Shown here: piece by piece, positions 11,258-20,953 of the stretch | How positions within the stretch are numbered: the stretch's first letter is position 1 | Layout of the letters: every line of letters starts with the position of its first letter | Assembly: GCA_044345815.1 (NCBI GenBank) | Contig: JBIJAI010000004.1 | Coordinates: 2,585-66,584, forward strand | Length of the DNA stretch: 64,000 nt | DNA from: Rhodoluna sp. | GTDB taxonomy: Bacteria; Actinomycetota; Actinomycetes; Actinomycetales; Microbacteriaceae | Direction: 5' to 3' | Notes under the pieces: model-generated | Seen by the model: the letters and a program-made list of their open reading frames with translations, nothing else | Told to the model about the DNA's origin: nothing | Database searches by the model: none | Made by a program: the position numbers and the translations under genes

Positions 11258-12058
11258 ATGGCGAAAGAACCTAAAGCAATACCGATGCCGAAGATCACCT
11301 CTAACGAGATGACATTAGCAGTTCGAATTGTTGCTGGGATTTTGGCTCCGCTAGTAAGACTTCTGTTCAAAGTTGAAGTTATCAATCTAGACAAGCTTCC
11401 AAAATCTGGCGCCTACATCCTGGCTCCAAATCACGCCACCAACATCGATGCTTTGGCGGTTGCATATTTCATCTACGTGAAGACAAAGCGTGCTCCGCAC
11501 TTTCTCACTAAAGAAAAGCTGTTTAGTATTCCGCTGGTTGGACCAATCCTGCTAGCTGCTGGACAGATTCCTGTTTTTAGAACCGGTGGGCAACGAAACG
11601 ATGATTCGCTTCGAGCTGCACACGCTTACCTGCAAGCAGGTCATTCCGTATGTGTTTTCCCAGAAGGAACCCTGACCCGCGATCCGGATTCTTGGCCGAT
11701 GCGTGGTAAAACTGGTGCTGTAAGGCTTGCTCTTGATAGTGGAGTGCCGGTTTATCCGGTGGGCCAGTGGGGTAGCGAAAAAGTTATGGCTCGATACTCG
11801 AGCAAGTTCCGTCCAGGTTTCTGGAAGAAAGTCACAGTGCTGGTTGGCGATGAGATTGACCTAGCTAGATTTAGAAAACCTAATCCCACTCCGGCAGAAG
11901 TACTTGAGGCAACCGAGGTAGTGATGAGTGCAATCACCAAACTCGTTGAGCAGTTGCGTGGAGAAAAAGCACCTGATCGCCGCTGGGATCCAGTTGCTGC
12001 CGGTCAGTCCACAACAGGAAACTTCATCAAAAAAGCCAAGAAGGGCATTACCAATTGA
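11258..12058 (+). CDS. lysophospholipid acyltransferase (PlsC family)
   Basis: NHATNID (HxxxxD), FPEGT. Confidence 0.9.
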   Translation: MAKEPKAIPMPKITSNEMTLAVRIVAGILAPLVRLLFKVEVINLDKLPKSGAYILAPNHATNIDALAVAYFIYVKTKRAPHFLTKEKLFSIPLVGPILLAAGQIPVFRTGGQRNDDSLRAAHAYLQAGHSVCVFPEGTLTRDPDSWPMRGKTGAVRLALDSGVPVYPVGQWGSEKVMARYSSKFRPGFWKKVTVLVGDEIDLARFRKPNPTPAEVLEATEVVMSAITKLVEQLRGEKAPDRRWDPVAAGQSTTGNFIKKAKKGITN

Positions 12059-13053
12059 GCAAGCTAGCGGTTATCGGAGCGGGAAGCTGGGGAACCACCT
12101 TCGCTAAAGTTCTTGCCGACGGCGGAGCAGATGTCTTTCTTTGGGCAAGACGCCCTGAAATAGCCGATGAGATCAACTCTTCGCACCGAAACGGTGATTA
12201 CTTACCGGGTGTGAATCTTCCTGCCGGCATCAGCGCCTCTTCCGATATCGCAGAAGTCCTAGCTGGTGCTAGCCAGGTCTATCTTTCAGTTCCATCTCAA
12301 ACACTTCGTGAAAACTTGAGCGAGTGGGGCAAGCTAATCCCTGCCGATGCACTGGTTGTTAGCTTGATGAAGGGCGTTGAGAAAAACTCCGGATTACGCA
12401 TGAGTCAGGTAATCGCCGAGGCTGGCATTGACGCCTCAAGAATTGTTGTGGTCTCGGGCCCGAACCTAGCAGCAGAGATCGCTGCCGAGCAGCCAGCTGC
12501 ATCAGTTGCGGCGTCGGAGTCGTTGGAATCTGCCAAACAAGTAGCTTCTGCTTCTAGCAACTCATACTTCACAACCTTTACCAACACCGACGTCATCGGA
12601 ACCGAGTTCGGTGGAATCTTGAAGAACCTAATCGCGGTTGCGATCGGAATCGTCAACGGTGTTGGCTATGGGCAAAACACAAAGGCGTCGATTATGACCC
12701 GAGGGGTTTCTGAAATCTCTCGATTTGCGGTTGCCTTTGGGGCAAAACCAAAGACCATGGTTGGTTTGGCAGGCCTTGGAGACCTGATTGCAACCAGTGA
12801 ATCTCCACTATCTAGAAACCACAAAGCCGGAGAGATGCTCGGTAAGGGATACTCCAAGCGCGAAGTATTAGCTCGCCTATCTCAAACCGCTGAAGGCCTT
12901 GCTTCAGTTTCAACGATTCTGGAACTCGCACGTGCCAAGGGCATATCGATGCCCATCGTTGAGCAAGTTGAGCTGGTAATCGAAGGCAATATGAGCCCGA
13001 AGGATATCGCCCCGCACCTAACCCACGAAACCGAAGAGCCACAGGGCGAATAA
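12055..13053 (+). CDS. gpsA: NAD(P)H-dependent glycerol-3-phosphate dehydrogenase
   Basis: GAGSWGT, SGPNLA, LKNLIA, GLGDLIAT, SRN; TTG start. Confidence 0.95.
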   Translation: MSKLAVIGAGSWGTTFAKVLADGGADVFLWARRPEIADEINSSHRNGDYLPGVNLPAGISASSDIAEVLAGASQVYLSVPSQTLRENLSEWGKLIPADALVVSLMKGVEKNSGLRMSQVIAEAGIDASRIVVVSGPNLAAEIAAEQPAASVAASESLESAKQVASASSNSYFTTFTNTDVIGTEFGGILKNLIAVAIGIVNGVGYGQNTKASIMTRGVSEISRFAVAFGAKPKTMVGLAGLGDLIATSESPLSRNHKAGEMLGKGYSKREVLARLSQTAEGLASVSTILELARAKGISMPIVEQVELVIEGNMSPKDIAPHLTHETEEPQGE

Positions 13054-14135
13054 TGGCAAAAAAGATTCGCGTAGCAGTTTTGTTCGGTGGCAAATCCAAC
13101 GAGCATTCCATCTCTGTTGCCTCCGCCGGGGGAGTAATCGGCGCAATCGATTCGTCAAAGTATGAGGTGATTCCTGTTGGAATCACAAAAAGCGGCGAGT
13201 TTGTTCCCTACCCGGTTGATCCAAAAAAGCTTGCCCTATCCGAAGGCTTGAAGACAATCACTTCGAAGGGTGAAACTATTCGCTTTGCCCTTGATGGCTC
13301 AAGAGAAATCTTTGAAGTTGATAAAGCTGGCAAGCAGTCGAGCCTTGGGGTAATCGATGTTGTCTTTCCAGTGCTGCACGGCCAGTTCGGCGAAGACGGC
13401 ACTATCCAGGGCTTTCTAGAACTTGCTGGTATTCCTTACGTTGGAAACGGCGTGCTGGCATCGAGCGTTGCCATGGACAAAGAATTCAGCAAAACACTAT
13501 TCAAGGCAGCCGGCATCCCTACCCCTGATTTCAAAGTGGTCACCGCAAAGCAGATGGTCAATGACCCAGAGTCAGCTCTAGAGAAACTAGCTGAGCTAAA
13601 ACTGCCGGTTTTTGTAAAGCCTGCAAGAGCTGGCTCTTCCGTTGGAATTACCAAAGTCAAAAGCGCAGATAAGTTGGCTGATGCTGTATCCGAGGCTCTA
13701 TCGCACGACGACAAAGTAGTTGTTGAAGTTGGGGTTGTTGGTCGCGAAATTGAGTGCGCGGTACTCGAGGGTAGGGGAGATGAGCCCGAAAGAGTATCGG
13801 TAGCCGGCGAGATTGTTGTAACTGGACGTGAGTTTTATGACTTCGAGGCAAAGTATTTGGACTCCGAAGCTGCAAAACTTACCTGCCCTGCAGCAATTTC
13901 TGATTCTGAGCTAAAGCAAATGCAGCAGCTAGCCAAGAAAGCCTTCCGCGCTCTTGGTTGTGAAGGTCTTGCCCGAGTTGATTTCTTCTTGACCAAGGAT
14001 GGATTCATGTTGAATGAAATCAACACCATGCCAGGATTCACATCGATTTCGATGTTCCCGCGCTGTTTTAGCGAATCGGGAATTGCCTTTACTGAGCTTG
14101 TTTCCGAACTTATTGAATTGGCGCTAGAGAACTAG
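13053..14135 (+). CDS. ddl: D-alanine--D-alanine ligase
   Basis: FGGKSNEHSIS, LHGQFGEDG, GSSVG, YDFEAKY, NEINTMPGFT. Confidence 0.96.
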   Translation: MAKKIRVAVLFGGKSNEHSISVASAGGVIGAIDSSKYEVIPVGITKSGEFVPYPVDPKKLALSEGLKTITSKGETIRFALDGSREIFEVDKAGKQSSLGVIDVVFPVLHGQFGEDGTIQGFLELAGIPYVGNGVLASSVAMDKEFSKTLFKAAGIPTPDFKVVTAKQMVNDPESALEKLAELKLPVFVKPARAGSSVGITKVKSADKLADAVSEALSHDDKVVVEVGVVGREIECAVLEGRGDEPERVSVAGEIVVTGREFYDFEAKYLDSEAAKLTCPAAISDSELKQMQQLAKKAFRALGCEGLARVDFFLTKDGFMLNEINTMPGFTSISMFPRCFSESGIAFTELVSELIELALEN

Positions 14136-14590
14136 TTAGTAGTTTCTGTGCAGCGTTTAGTTGCAGGCAGTACCCCAATGGTTGAGCTCAGCTGCTCAAG
14201 CACTGTCACCCCAGCCAACTTGGTCGAGTCGATGATTACCTCAGTGGCGGGGGTTCTGGCGTAGCTGATAAATCTAAAGCTCGGTGCGTTGGCATCATCT
14301 ACCAACCAGTCAATATCCCCAGCGGTCACGCAAGGAAGAGCAGAAACTTCAACAGGTTCAAGACCACAGCGAAGAATTACAGAAACCGGCTCACCCCAGG
14401 CTCCTGTGGATTGGGCGTTTACCCGGCGCTTTTGCTCGCCTGCTAGCTCATCGGGTAGGCGAACAATAATCTCGGCACACTCGGCATTGTTGGCATCCTC
14501 GGCAGGCTCGAGCGCAACCATGGGGGCGCAGCCGGTTAGAAAAACCATGGCAAGTCCCACAATTGAAAGTTGAAGGTGTCTTTTTCTCAT
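14132..14590 (-). CDS. DUF3515 family lipoprotein
   Basis: Lipobox LTGC, AWGEP..LRCG motif; conserved position between ddl and thiL. Confidence 0.8.
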   Translation of the reverse strand: MRKRHLQLSIVGLAMVFLTGCAPMVALEPAEDANNAECAEIIVRLPDELAGEQKRRVNAQSTGAWGEPVSVILRCGLEPVEVSALPCVTAGDIDWLVDDANAPSFRFISYARTPATEVIIDSTKLAGVTVLEQLSSTIGVLPATKRCTETTN

Positions 14591-14614
14591 CTGAAATAAG
14601 GCTACCTTTGATTT

Positions 14615-15589
14615 GTGAATGATCTAAGCCTTGCCGAGTTAGGCGAAATAGAGAGCCTTCGGCGCACCGTCAAAAGGCTAAAGCAAGGCGAGCACGCCAT
14701 TGTGGGCTCAGGCGATGATGCCGCGGTGGTTGCCGCAACCGATTCTTTTCTGGTTTCGACCGACACCTTGGTTGAAAACCACGACTTCAAACTTGCATGG
14801 TCGACCGGCTTTGATTTGGGTTTCAAGTCCGTTGCTTCGAACCTTGCCGACATCGCAGCTATGGGTGCTACGCCAACTGTTTTGGTTGTTGCCATGGTGG
14901 TTCCAAAAACCACCAAGATCTCCTGGTTAGAAGCATTTGCAGATGGTCTGCAATCAGCCTGCGATCAGTTATCGCCAGGCGCAGCAATTGTTGGGGGAGA
15001 TCTAGCCTCTGGCGAGCAAGTTGTCATTTCAGTTACTGTCCACGGTCAACTCGATGGGCTAACCCCGGTTCTTCGCTCTGGAGCGAAGGTAGGGGATGTG
15101 GTGGCAGTTTGTGGTCCGCTTGGAAAGGCTGCTTGCGGCCTTGCACTTTTGCAATCAGGCAATCAAGACCTAGTTCGTTCTTACGACGATTGGGTTCTAG
15201 CCCAGCTAAGACCTGCGCCACCAATTGAACAGGGACTCATCGCTAACCAAGCCGGAGCTACCGCAATGCTTGATGTCTCAGATGGTTTGATTAAGGATCT
15301 TGGCCGCATCGCAAAGGCATCTAATGTCAGCATTGAAATCGAACGGTCTCAACTTGCAGGTTATGAAGCAATGCTTGATCTTCCAGCCCAAGGCTTGGGA
15401 GTAGAGCCAATAAGTTGGGTTCTTCAAGGTGGAGAAGATCACAGCTTGCTTGCTACCTTCCCGGCAAACGCCACCTTGCCAAGGTCTTTCAAGGCAATTG
15501 GCAAAGTGATTGCAGGTTCTGAAGACGCAGTGTTGCTTGATGGCAAGCCAGTATCGGATACTGGCTGGGACTCGATTACTGGAAGCTAG
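14615..15589 (+). CDS. thiL: thiamine-monophosphate kinase
   Basis: GDDAA, NLADIAAMG, GGD, DVSDGL, GGEDH. Confidence 0.95.
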   Translation: MNDLSLAELGEIESLRRTVKRLKQGEHAIVGSGDDAAVVAATDSFLVSTDTLVENHDFKLAWSTGFDLGFKSVASNLADIAAMGATPTVLVVAMVVPKTTKISWLEAFADGLQSACDQLSPGAAIVGGDLASGEQVVISVTVHGQLDGLTPVLRSGAKVGDVVAVCGPLGKAACGLALLQSGNQDLVRSYDDWVLAQLRPAPPIEQGLIANQAGATAMLDVSDGLIKDLGRIAKASNVSIEIERSQLAGYEAMLDLPAQGLGVEPISWVLQGGEDHSLLATFPANATLPRSFKAIGKVIAGSEDAVLLDGKPVSDTGWDSITGS

Positions 15590-15592
15590 CTG

Positions 15593-16081
15593 ATGAACCC
15601 AACTCCTTACGATGACTCTCACGAGATACTGCCTGGTTTGTTCATGGGTGGATCGCCTTTCGATACGCGTGTGGATGATCAAGACAGGCAATACAAGATG
15701 CGCGGGTTCGATCACGACCCGCGTCCATTTGATGCCATCATCACGCTATTCCCCAAAGCTTTTCCTGCAGGCTACGGTGTTGAGGAGCTGCGCTTTGGCT
15801 TTCCGGATGACCTAGCTGACGGTGTGCGGGAGGAGTATCGGCAGCGAATACTGGACATCGCGGTTTGGGGATATCAGAAGTGGCAGTCGGGTTCTAAGTT
15901 GTTAGTTCGCTGTGCTGCAGGGGAGAACCGCTCAGGTTTGATTACTTTGTTGATTTTGCAAAAGCACGGTCTAAAAACCGATGAAGCAGTCGATTTGATT
16001 CGCGCGGAGCGCAAAAAGGGAGCTCCGCTTCACAACCCACACTTTATTGAATTTGCCAGGAAAGAATTCGGCAAGTACTAG
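15593..16081 (+). CDS. dual-specificity / protein-tyrosine phosphatase superfamily protein
   Basis: EILPGLFMGG N-terminus, CX5R loop RCAAGENRS, AVDLIR..R....NPHF C-terminal motif. Confidence 0.85.
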   Translation: MNPTPYDDSHEILPGLFMGGSPFDTRVDDQDRQYKMRGFDHDPRPFDAIITLFPKAFPAGYGVEELRFGFPDDLADGVREEYRQRILDIAVWGYQKWQSGSKLLVRCAAGENRSGLITLLILQKHGLKTDEAVDLIRAERKKGAPLHNPHFIEFARKEFGKY

Positions 16082-17019
16082 GGGTGCAGATCCGTATTCA
16101 ATATCACTCCAGCACCGGAGCGAGAAAGTGCCTCGACTCTGCCGGTTAGTGAGTTTCTTCTAAACAGTAGGTTTGGAACTCCTGAAAGCTCGATGGCCTT
16201 TAGAGTCTTCTCACCCTCATCGCTTATCAGGGCCAACTTGGTTCCTGCGGTGACGTAAAGACCTGCTTCAACAACGCTGTCATCTCCGATGGAGATGCCG
16301 ATTCCAGAGTTAGCACCAAGAAGCGCACGCTTTCCGATGGTGATCTTTTCTTTTCCGCCTCCAGAAAGTGTTCCCATAATCGATGCTCCGCCACCGATGT
16401 CGGCGCCATCGCCGACAACCACACCTTGCGAGATTCGTCCCTCGACCATTGATGCACCCAAGGTTCCAGCGTTGAAGTTCACAAACCCCTCGTGCATGAT
16501 CGTTGTTCCAGGAGAAAGATGAGCTCCGAGTCGAACTCTTGAGGCATCAGCGATGCGAACCTTGGCTGGGGTGACGTAATCAAGCATTCTTGGGAATTTA
16601 TCCACCGCGTGGATAACTACCCCTGCCTTGATTAATTGAGGTCTTAGTAGGTCAAGATCTTCCAAAGCGATTGAGCCGATTGAGCTAAAGGCAACAATTG
16701 GTAGCTGGCCAATTAGACCTTCGAGGTTGATGGTGTTTGGGGCTACAAGTAAGTGAGATAGCAGGTGCAGTCTCAGGTAAGCATCCTCAACGCAAGATAC
16801 CGGTTGAGTTAGATCTGACTCGGTTCGAACTACATGAGTAGTGACCAGTCTTCGCTTATCTTCACCAACGAGTGAATCTAGTTCTCTTGGAACTACCCAG
16901 AGTTCGTCGGTGACTGGAGCCGAGCCAAGCTTGGGGTCTCTAAACCAGACGTCCAAAACATTGCCTCTTGAATCCGAGGTTGCAAGTCCATGGCCCCAGG
17001 CACTGGTGAAATCGGTCAT
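16078..17019 (-). CDS. dapD: tetrahydrodipicolinate N-succinyltransferase
   Basis: DAYLRLHLLS, VDKFPRM, VRLGAHL, EGFVNFNAGTLG, EGRISQG. Confidence 0.95.
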   Translation of the reverse strand: MTDFTSAWGHGLATSDSRGNVLDVWFRDPKLGSAPVTDELWVVPRELDSLVGEDKRRLVTTHVVRTESDLTQPVSCVEDAYLRLHLLSHLLVAPNTINLEGLIGQLPIVAFSSIGSIALEDLDLLRPQLIKAGVVIHAVDKFPRMLDYVTPAKVRIADASRVRLGAHLSPGTTIMHEGFVNFNAGTLGASMVEGRISQGVVVGDGADIGGGASIMGTLSGGGKEKITIGKRALLGANSGIGISIGDDSVVEAGLYVTAGTKLALISDEGEKTLKAIELSGVPNLLFRRNSLTGRVEALSRSGAGVILNTDLHP

Positions 17020-17049
17020 CCCTCAAGATTACAAGCTAGGCTCTTGGCT

Positions 17050-18135
17050 GTGGCGAGTATGAAACTAAATCTCTTCGGTGATGTGGCGGAGCTCACTCGT
17101 GCTCTAGTTGATATAGAGAGCGTTTCAGGAAATGAAGTCGAGATCGCCGATGCTATCGAGCAAGCCCTAAAGCCACTTTCACACCTAAGCCTTACCCGCG
17201 ATGGCAACGCCATTGTTGCCAAAACCAACCTTGGTCGGTCTCAGCAGGTTGTCATCGCCGGACACATCGACACTGTTCCAGTGGCCGAGAACCTGCCATC
17301 GAAGCTGATGAGCTTTGAGCGTGAGCAAGTTATCTGGGGCCGTGGCACCGTGGATATGAAAGCCGGAGTTGCCGTGATGCTCAAACTTGCCGCCGAGATC
17401 ATTGAGCCTGCCTTTGATGTGGTGTGGGTGTTCTATGACCAGGAAGAAATTGAAGCTTCCAAGAATGGGCTTGGCAGGCTGGTTCGAAACCACCCGGAGC
17501 TAATCAAGGGAAATTTTGCGATTTTGTGCGAGCCAACTGCCGCAACAATCGAGGGTGGCTGCAATGGAACCATGAGGATTGAAATTGCCCTGTCGGGAAT
17601 AAAGGCCCATTCGGCAAGGCCTTGGATGGGATCTAATGCCATCCACAAAATTGGCGGAGTGCTGAACGTTTTGAATTCCTATATTCCAGAAGAGATAGAA
17701 GTAGATGGGCTGGTTTTTAGAGAAAGCCTGAATGCTGTTTTGGTTTCTGGCGGAATAGCTACCAATGTGATTCCAGATTCAGCGAGTGTGACTTTGAACT
17801 ATCGGTTCGCGCCTTCAAGAAGTGTTGAAGACGCAACAAACTACTTGCGAACTTTGTTTCCTGATTCTTCGTTCACTGTTGTTGATAGTGCAGCGGGAGC
17901 AAGGCCTGGGATGAATTCACCAGAGGCTCAGGCTTTTGTAGCGGCTGTGAAGGCAAGTGTGAATCCCAAGTATGGCTGGACTGATGTTGCCAGATTCAGT
18001 GAAATGGGCATTCCAGCTGTCAACTATGGCCCCGGAGACCCCAACAAAGCGCATGCCGACGATGAAAACGTGCCAGCTAGCCAGATCTACGCCTGTGAAG
18101 CAGGCCTTCGAAATTTTCTAGCTCCAAATCTTTGA
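17050..18135 (+). CDS. dapE: succinyl-diaminopimelate desuccinylase
   Basis: GHIDTVP, GRGTVDMKAG, EE, HSARPW, GWTDVARF, AHADDE. Start GTG 17050 or ATG 17059 rather than 16990. Confidence 0.93.
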   Translation: MASMKLNLFGDVAELTRALVDIESVSGNEVEIADAIEQALKPLSHLSLTRDGNAIVAKTNLGRSQQVVIAGHIDTVPVAENLPSKLMSFEREQVIWGRGTVDMKAGVAVMLKLAAEIIEPAFDVVWVFYDQEEIEASKNGLGRLVRNHPELIKGNFAILCEPTAATIEGGCNGTMRIEIALSGIKAHSARPWMGSNAIHKIGGVLNVLNSYIPEEIEVDGLVFRESLNAVLVSGGIATNVIPDSASVTLNYRFAPSRSVEDATNYLRTLFPDSSFTVVDSAAGARPGMNSPEAQAFVAAVKASVNPKYGWTDVARFSEMGIPAVNYGPGDPNKAHADDENVPASQIYACEAGLRNFLAPNL

Positions 18136-18184
18136 TAAACTTGAGAGTCGGGCCAAATAGCCCAGGCAATTCAAGGAGTTTTTT

Positions 18185-18364
18185 ATGGCAGCGATGAAGC
18201 CACGCACCGGTGATGGCCCAATGGAAGCAGAACGCGAGCCACGCGGCTTGATCATCTTGCGTGTTCCATTGGAAGGCGGAGGCCGTCTTGTGGTTTCAGT
18301 CAACGAAGAAGAAGCCAAGAACCTTCATAAGGTTCTAGAAGGCGTAGTTAAGAAGAAGAAGTAA
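18185..18364 (+). CDS. DUF3117 domain protein (59 aa)
   Basis: Below ORF-track cutoff. Reads MAAMKPRTGDGPMEAEREPRGLIILRVPLEGGGRLVVSVNEEEAKNLHKVLEGVVKKKK*, with AAGGAG RBS upstream; signature actinobacterial small protein. Confidence 0.92.
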   Translation: MAAMKPRTGDGPMEAEREPRGLIILRVPLEGGGRLVVSVNEEEAKNLHKVLEGVVKKKK

Positions 18365-18989
18365 CCCGCTTGCTGGCAATCAGCAAGCCATCTCCAACTG
18401 GAGACAATGCAGAGACAAAATCTGCTTGGGTCGAAAACAATCTCAAAACATCTCGGTAAACAACCGTCGCATCATCGCGCATGGCCGGATCTGGCACGCG
18501 GTCTCGCCAAAGGGCGTGAGCTATAACAACAACCCCTCCAGGTCTTAGCAGCCTGGAAGCTTGGCTTAGCTGAGCTTCCAAATCTGAGCGATCAGCATCC
18601 AGTAAAGCTAGGTCATAAGCGGCATCTGCCATGTTCGACATAACCTCGGTGGCCTTTCCAGAAATCACTCGAGTTCTTCCCGGGGCAATCTTGGCGTCTT
18701 TGAAGGCAAGCTTTGCAGCTACCTGAAATTCAGGCTGAGAGTCGATGGTTGCCAAAACTGAATCCTCGGAAGCACTGAGCATCCAAAGCGCTGATACTCC
18801 AGCTCCGGTTCCGGCTTCGACGATGGCCTTGGCTCCAAGGGCGGAAGCTAGGACAGCTAGGTGAGCTCCGGCGCTTGGCGTGATGCACTCGATGCCGAGT
18901 TCCTCGGCACGGGCTCTTGCCTCGATGATGGCTGGGGACTCCGAGACGAAGTCCTCGGTGAATTTCCAGCTGGATATCTTGTCAACCAT
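18348..18989 (-). CDS. class I SAM-dependent O-methyltransferase
   Basis: VEAGTGAGVSALW, LRPGG, VGDGLL. Confidence 0.88.
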   Translation of the reverse strand: MVDKISSWKFTEDFVSESPAIIEARARAEELGIECITPSAGAHLAVLASALGAKAIVEAGTGAGVSALWMLSASEDSVLATIDSQPEFQVAAKLAFKDAKIAPGRTRVISGKATEVMSNMADAAYDLALLDADRSDLEAQLSQASRLLRPGGVVVIAHALWRDRVPDPAMRDDATVVYRDVLRLFSTQADFVSALSPVGDGLLIASKRVTSSS

Positions 18990-19067
18990 TTGTTAGCTCT
19001 CTCCTAAGCACAAAGCCTATTGTCCTGTGGGCAAAATACCCCGCAGCTAAGGAGGTAACCTAAATAG

Positions 19068-19412
19068 GTGTTCGGAATCTCAGGCGAAAAGCTATTAATC
19101 CTCGGGTTGATAGCGATTTTTGTCCTGGGCCCGGACAAGCTCCCTCACTACGCCCAACAGTTGGCCAGACTCGTGAAATCCCTAAAGCGTATGGCAGAAG
19201 GTGCCAAGGGTCAGCTGCAAACTGAAATCGGCGAAGAAGTGAACTGGAAACAGCTTGATCCGCGTCAATACGACCCGAGAAGAATTATCCGTGAAGCGCT
19301 CAGCGAAACCGAACCGGTAAATCCGGTTGCAGCGCTCAATCGACCAGTAACCCAGGTTCAGCCAAAACTTGCTAAGGGAGAAGTTGCGCCCTTTGATTCA
19401 GAAGCTACCTAA
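19068..19412 (+). CDS. tatB: Sec-independent translocase TatB
   Basis: MFGISGE-TM-LGPDKLP, WKQLDPRQYDPRRIIREAL, C-terminal PFDSEAT. Confidence 0.9.
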   Translation: MFGISGEKLLILGLIAIFVLGPDKLPHYAQQLARLVKSLKRMAEGAKGQLQTEIGEEVNWKQLDPRQYDPRRIIREALSETEPVNPVAALNRPVTQVQPKLAKGEVAPFDSEAT

Positions 19413-20929
19413 AGCTTCTTCATAACCTTCGCTAGGGCATTCATCAGAGGCGCCATCACCTTGTATTGGCGGGCACGAGATGGGAACTTCAGCAACCCAG
19501 TTGAAACACCAACGGTTCTAGCCTCGGTAAAGCGCAAGATTCCATACTTGCCGTTTCTTCGCCCAACACCGGATTGCTTCATTCCACCCATCGGGGAATC
19601 AACCGACGCCATAGCAGCGCGGAAGCCTTCATTGACGTTTACAGATCCTGCCATGATTCGACCCGCCACTTGCTTGGCTAGCTTTGTAGGTCCAACCACC
19701 GATGCATTGAGTCCAAACTCAGTGTCATTAGCGAGCTCAACTGCCTGATCGATGCTGTCGTAACCAACAACAGCAATTAGCGGACCAAATACCTCTTGGC
19801 GAGCCAGGCGCATATCTTCTGTGATGTCGGTCAAGACAGTTGGTGCGTAGTAGTAAGGACCAAGTTCAGGTAGCGCCTTGGCCCCGGCCAATACTTTCGC
19901 ACCTTTACCAACCGCGTCAGAGACATAGTCCTGAACTCGGGTTAGCTGGTTGATGCCAGTTAGCGTTCCCAAATCTATCTCGAAATCATTACTCTTACCA
20001 ACAGTGAGTGAGGTCACTCGCTCCGCTAGTTCTTTTTCAAATTCTGCCTTCATCGCATTTGGAACATAGATCCGCTCAATCGACACACAAAGCTGACCAG
20101 AGTTTCCAAAAGCAGCTGCAATTGCTTTTTCAGCAGCATCGGCAGGCTTAGCTCCTGGAAGAACAATCATTGGGTTCTTGCCTCCCAATTCAAGCGAGAA
20201 TCCAATCAGTCTCTTCGCTGCCCTTTCGGCAACAATACGACCGGTGTTTGTCGATCCGGTGAATGCTACAAAATCCACCGAATCAGTAATTGCATTGCCA
20301 ACGGTTGCGCCATCGCCAACCACAATTGTCCAAGCCGACTCAGGAATTCCTGCTTCGATAGCAAGTTGACGAGCGTAAAGAGAAACCAGAGCGGTCTGGT
20401 TATCCGCTTTTTGCACCACGCTGTTTCCAGCCACAAGAGCTGGCAAGATATCCAGCATCTGAAGAGCCAGTGGGTAGTTCCACGGTGTGATGACTCCAAC
20501 AACTCCAACTGGTGAATACATAACGTAAGACTCGGTAAGTAGTGGAACTCCGGCAACAGTCTTTTGGGTCTTGAGGGTTTTAGGTGCAATTTTGGCGTTG
20601 TATCTCGCGGCTCCAAGGGAACCAGCAATTTCTTCAAATGCGTGAGCTCTGGATTTTCCAGTTTCTAATTGAAGCAAATCCATGACGTCATCCTGATTCT
20701 TCAAAATCAGATCATGAAGTTGGTAGAGAGCTTTAGCTCGTTCCTTGACGCTAACCTTGGCCCAAGCAGGCTGGGCAGCTCTTGCATTTGCTACAGCTTG
20801 TGCTACCTGGGCAACTGATAGCTGGGGAAGGTCATAGATTTTCTTACCCGTTGACGGGTTCACAATCGTCACCTGATCAGCGGATGCTGGTAAGTGGGCC
20901 AAAAGGTTAGGAATGCTGGTTTCGCTCAT
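19409..20929 (-). CDS. aldehyde dehydrogenase, succinate-semialdehyde dehydrogenase-like
   Basis: PWNYP, FTGST, LELGGKNP, GQLCVS, EVFGP, GGMKQSG. Start set to ATG 20929. Confidence 0.88.
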   Translation of the reverse strand: MSETSIPNLLAHLPASADQVTIVNPSTGKKIYDLPQLSVAQVAQAVANARAAQPAWAKVSVKERAKALYQLHDLILKNQDDVMDLLQLETGKSRAHAFEEIAGSLGAARYNAKIAPKTLKTQKTVAGVPLLTESYVMYSPVGVVGVITPWNYPLALQMLDILPALVAGNSVVQKADNQTALVSLYARQLAIEAGIPESAWTIVVGDGATVGNAITDSVDFVAFTGSTNTGRIVAERAAKRLIGFSLELGGKNPMIVLPGAKPADAAEKAIAAAFGNSGQLCVSIERIYVPNAMKAEFEKELAERVTSLTVGKSNDFEIDLGTLTGINQLTRVQDYVSDAVGKGAKVLAGAKALPELGPYYYAPTVLTDITEDMRLARQEVFGPLIAVVGYDSIDQAVELANDTEFGLNASVVGPTKLAKQVAGRIMAGSVNVNEGFRAAMASVDSPMGGMKQSGVGRRNGKYGILRFTEARTVGVSTGLLKFPSRARQYKVMAPLMNALAKVMKKL

Positions 20930-20953
20930 GCCCATAAGTCTACGAAGCAATTG

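Noticed and set aside
9942-14135. Intrinsic fosfomycin or vancomycin resistance variants in murA and ddl
   Set aside because: MurA keeps the active-site Cys (GGCHIG) and Ddl keeps the omega-loop Tyr (EAKY), so both look like ordinary alleles.
16990-17049. N-terminal extension of dapE overlapping the dapD start
   Set aside because: Spans the divergent promoter; DapE-like sequence begins at 17050/17059.
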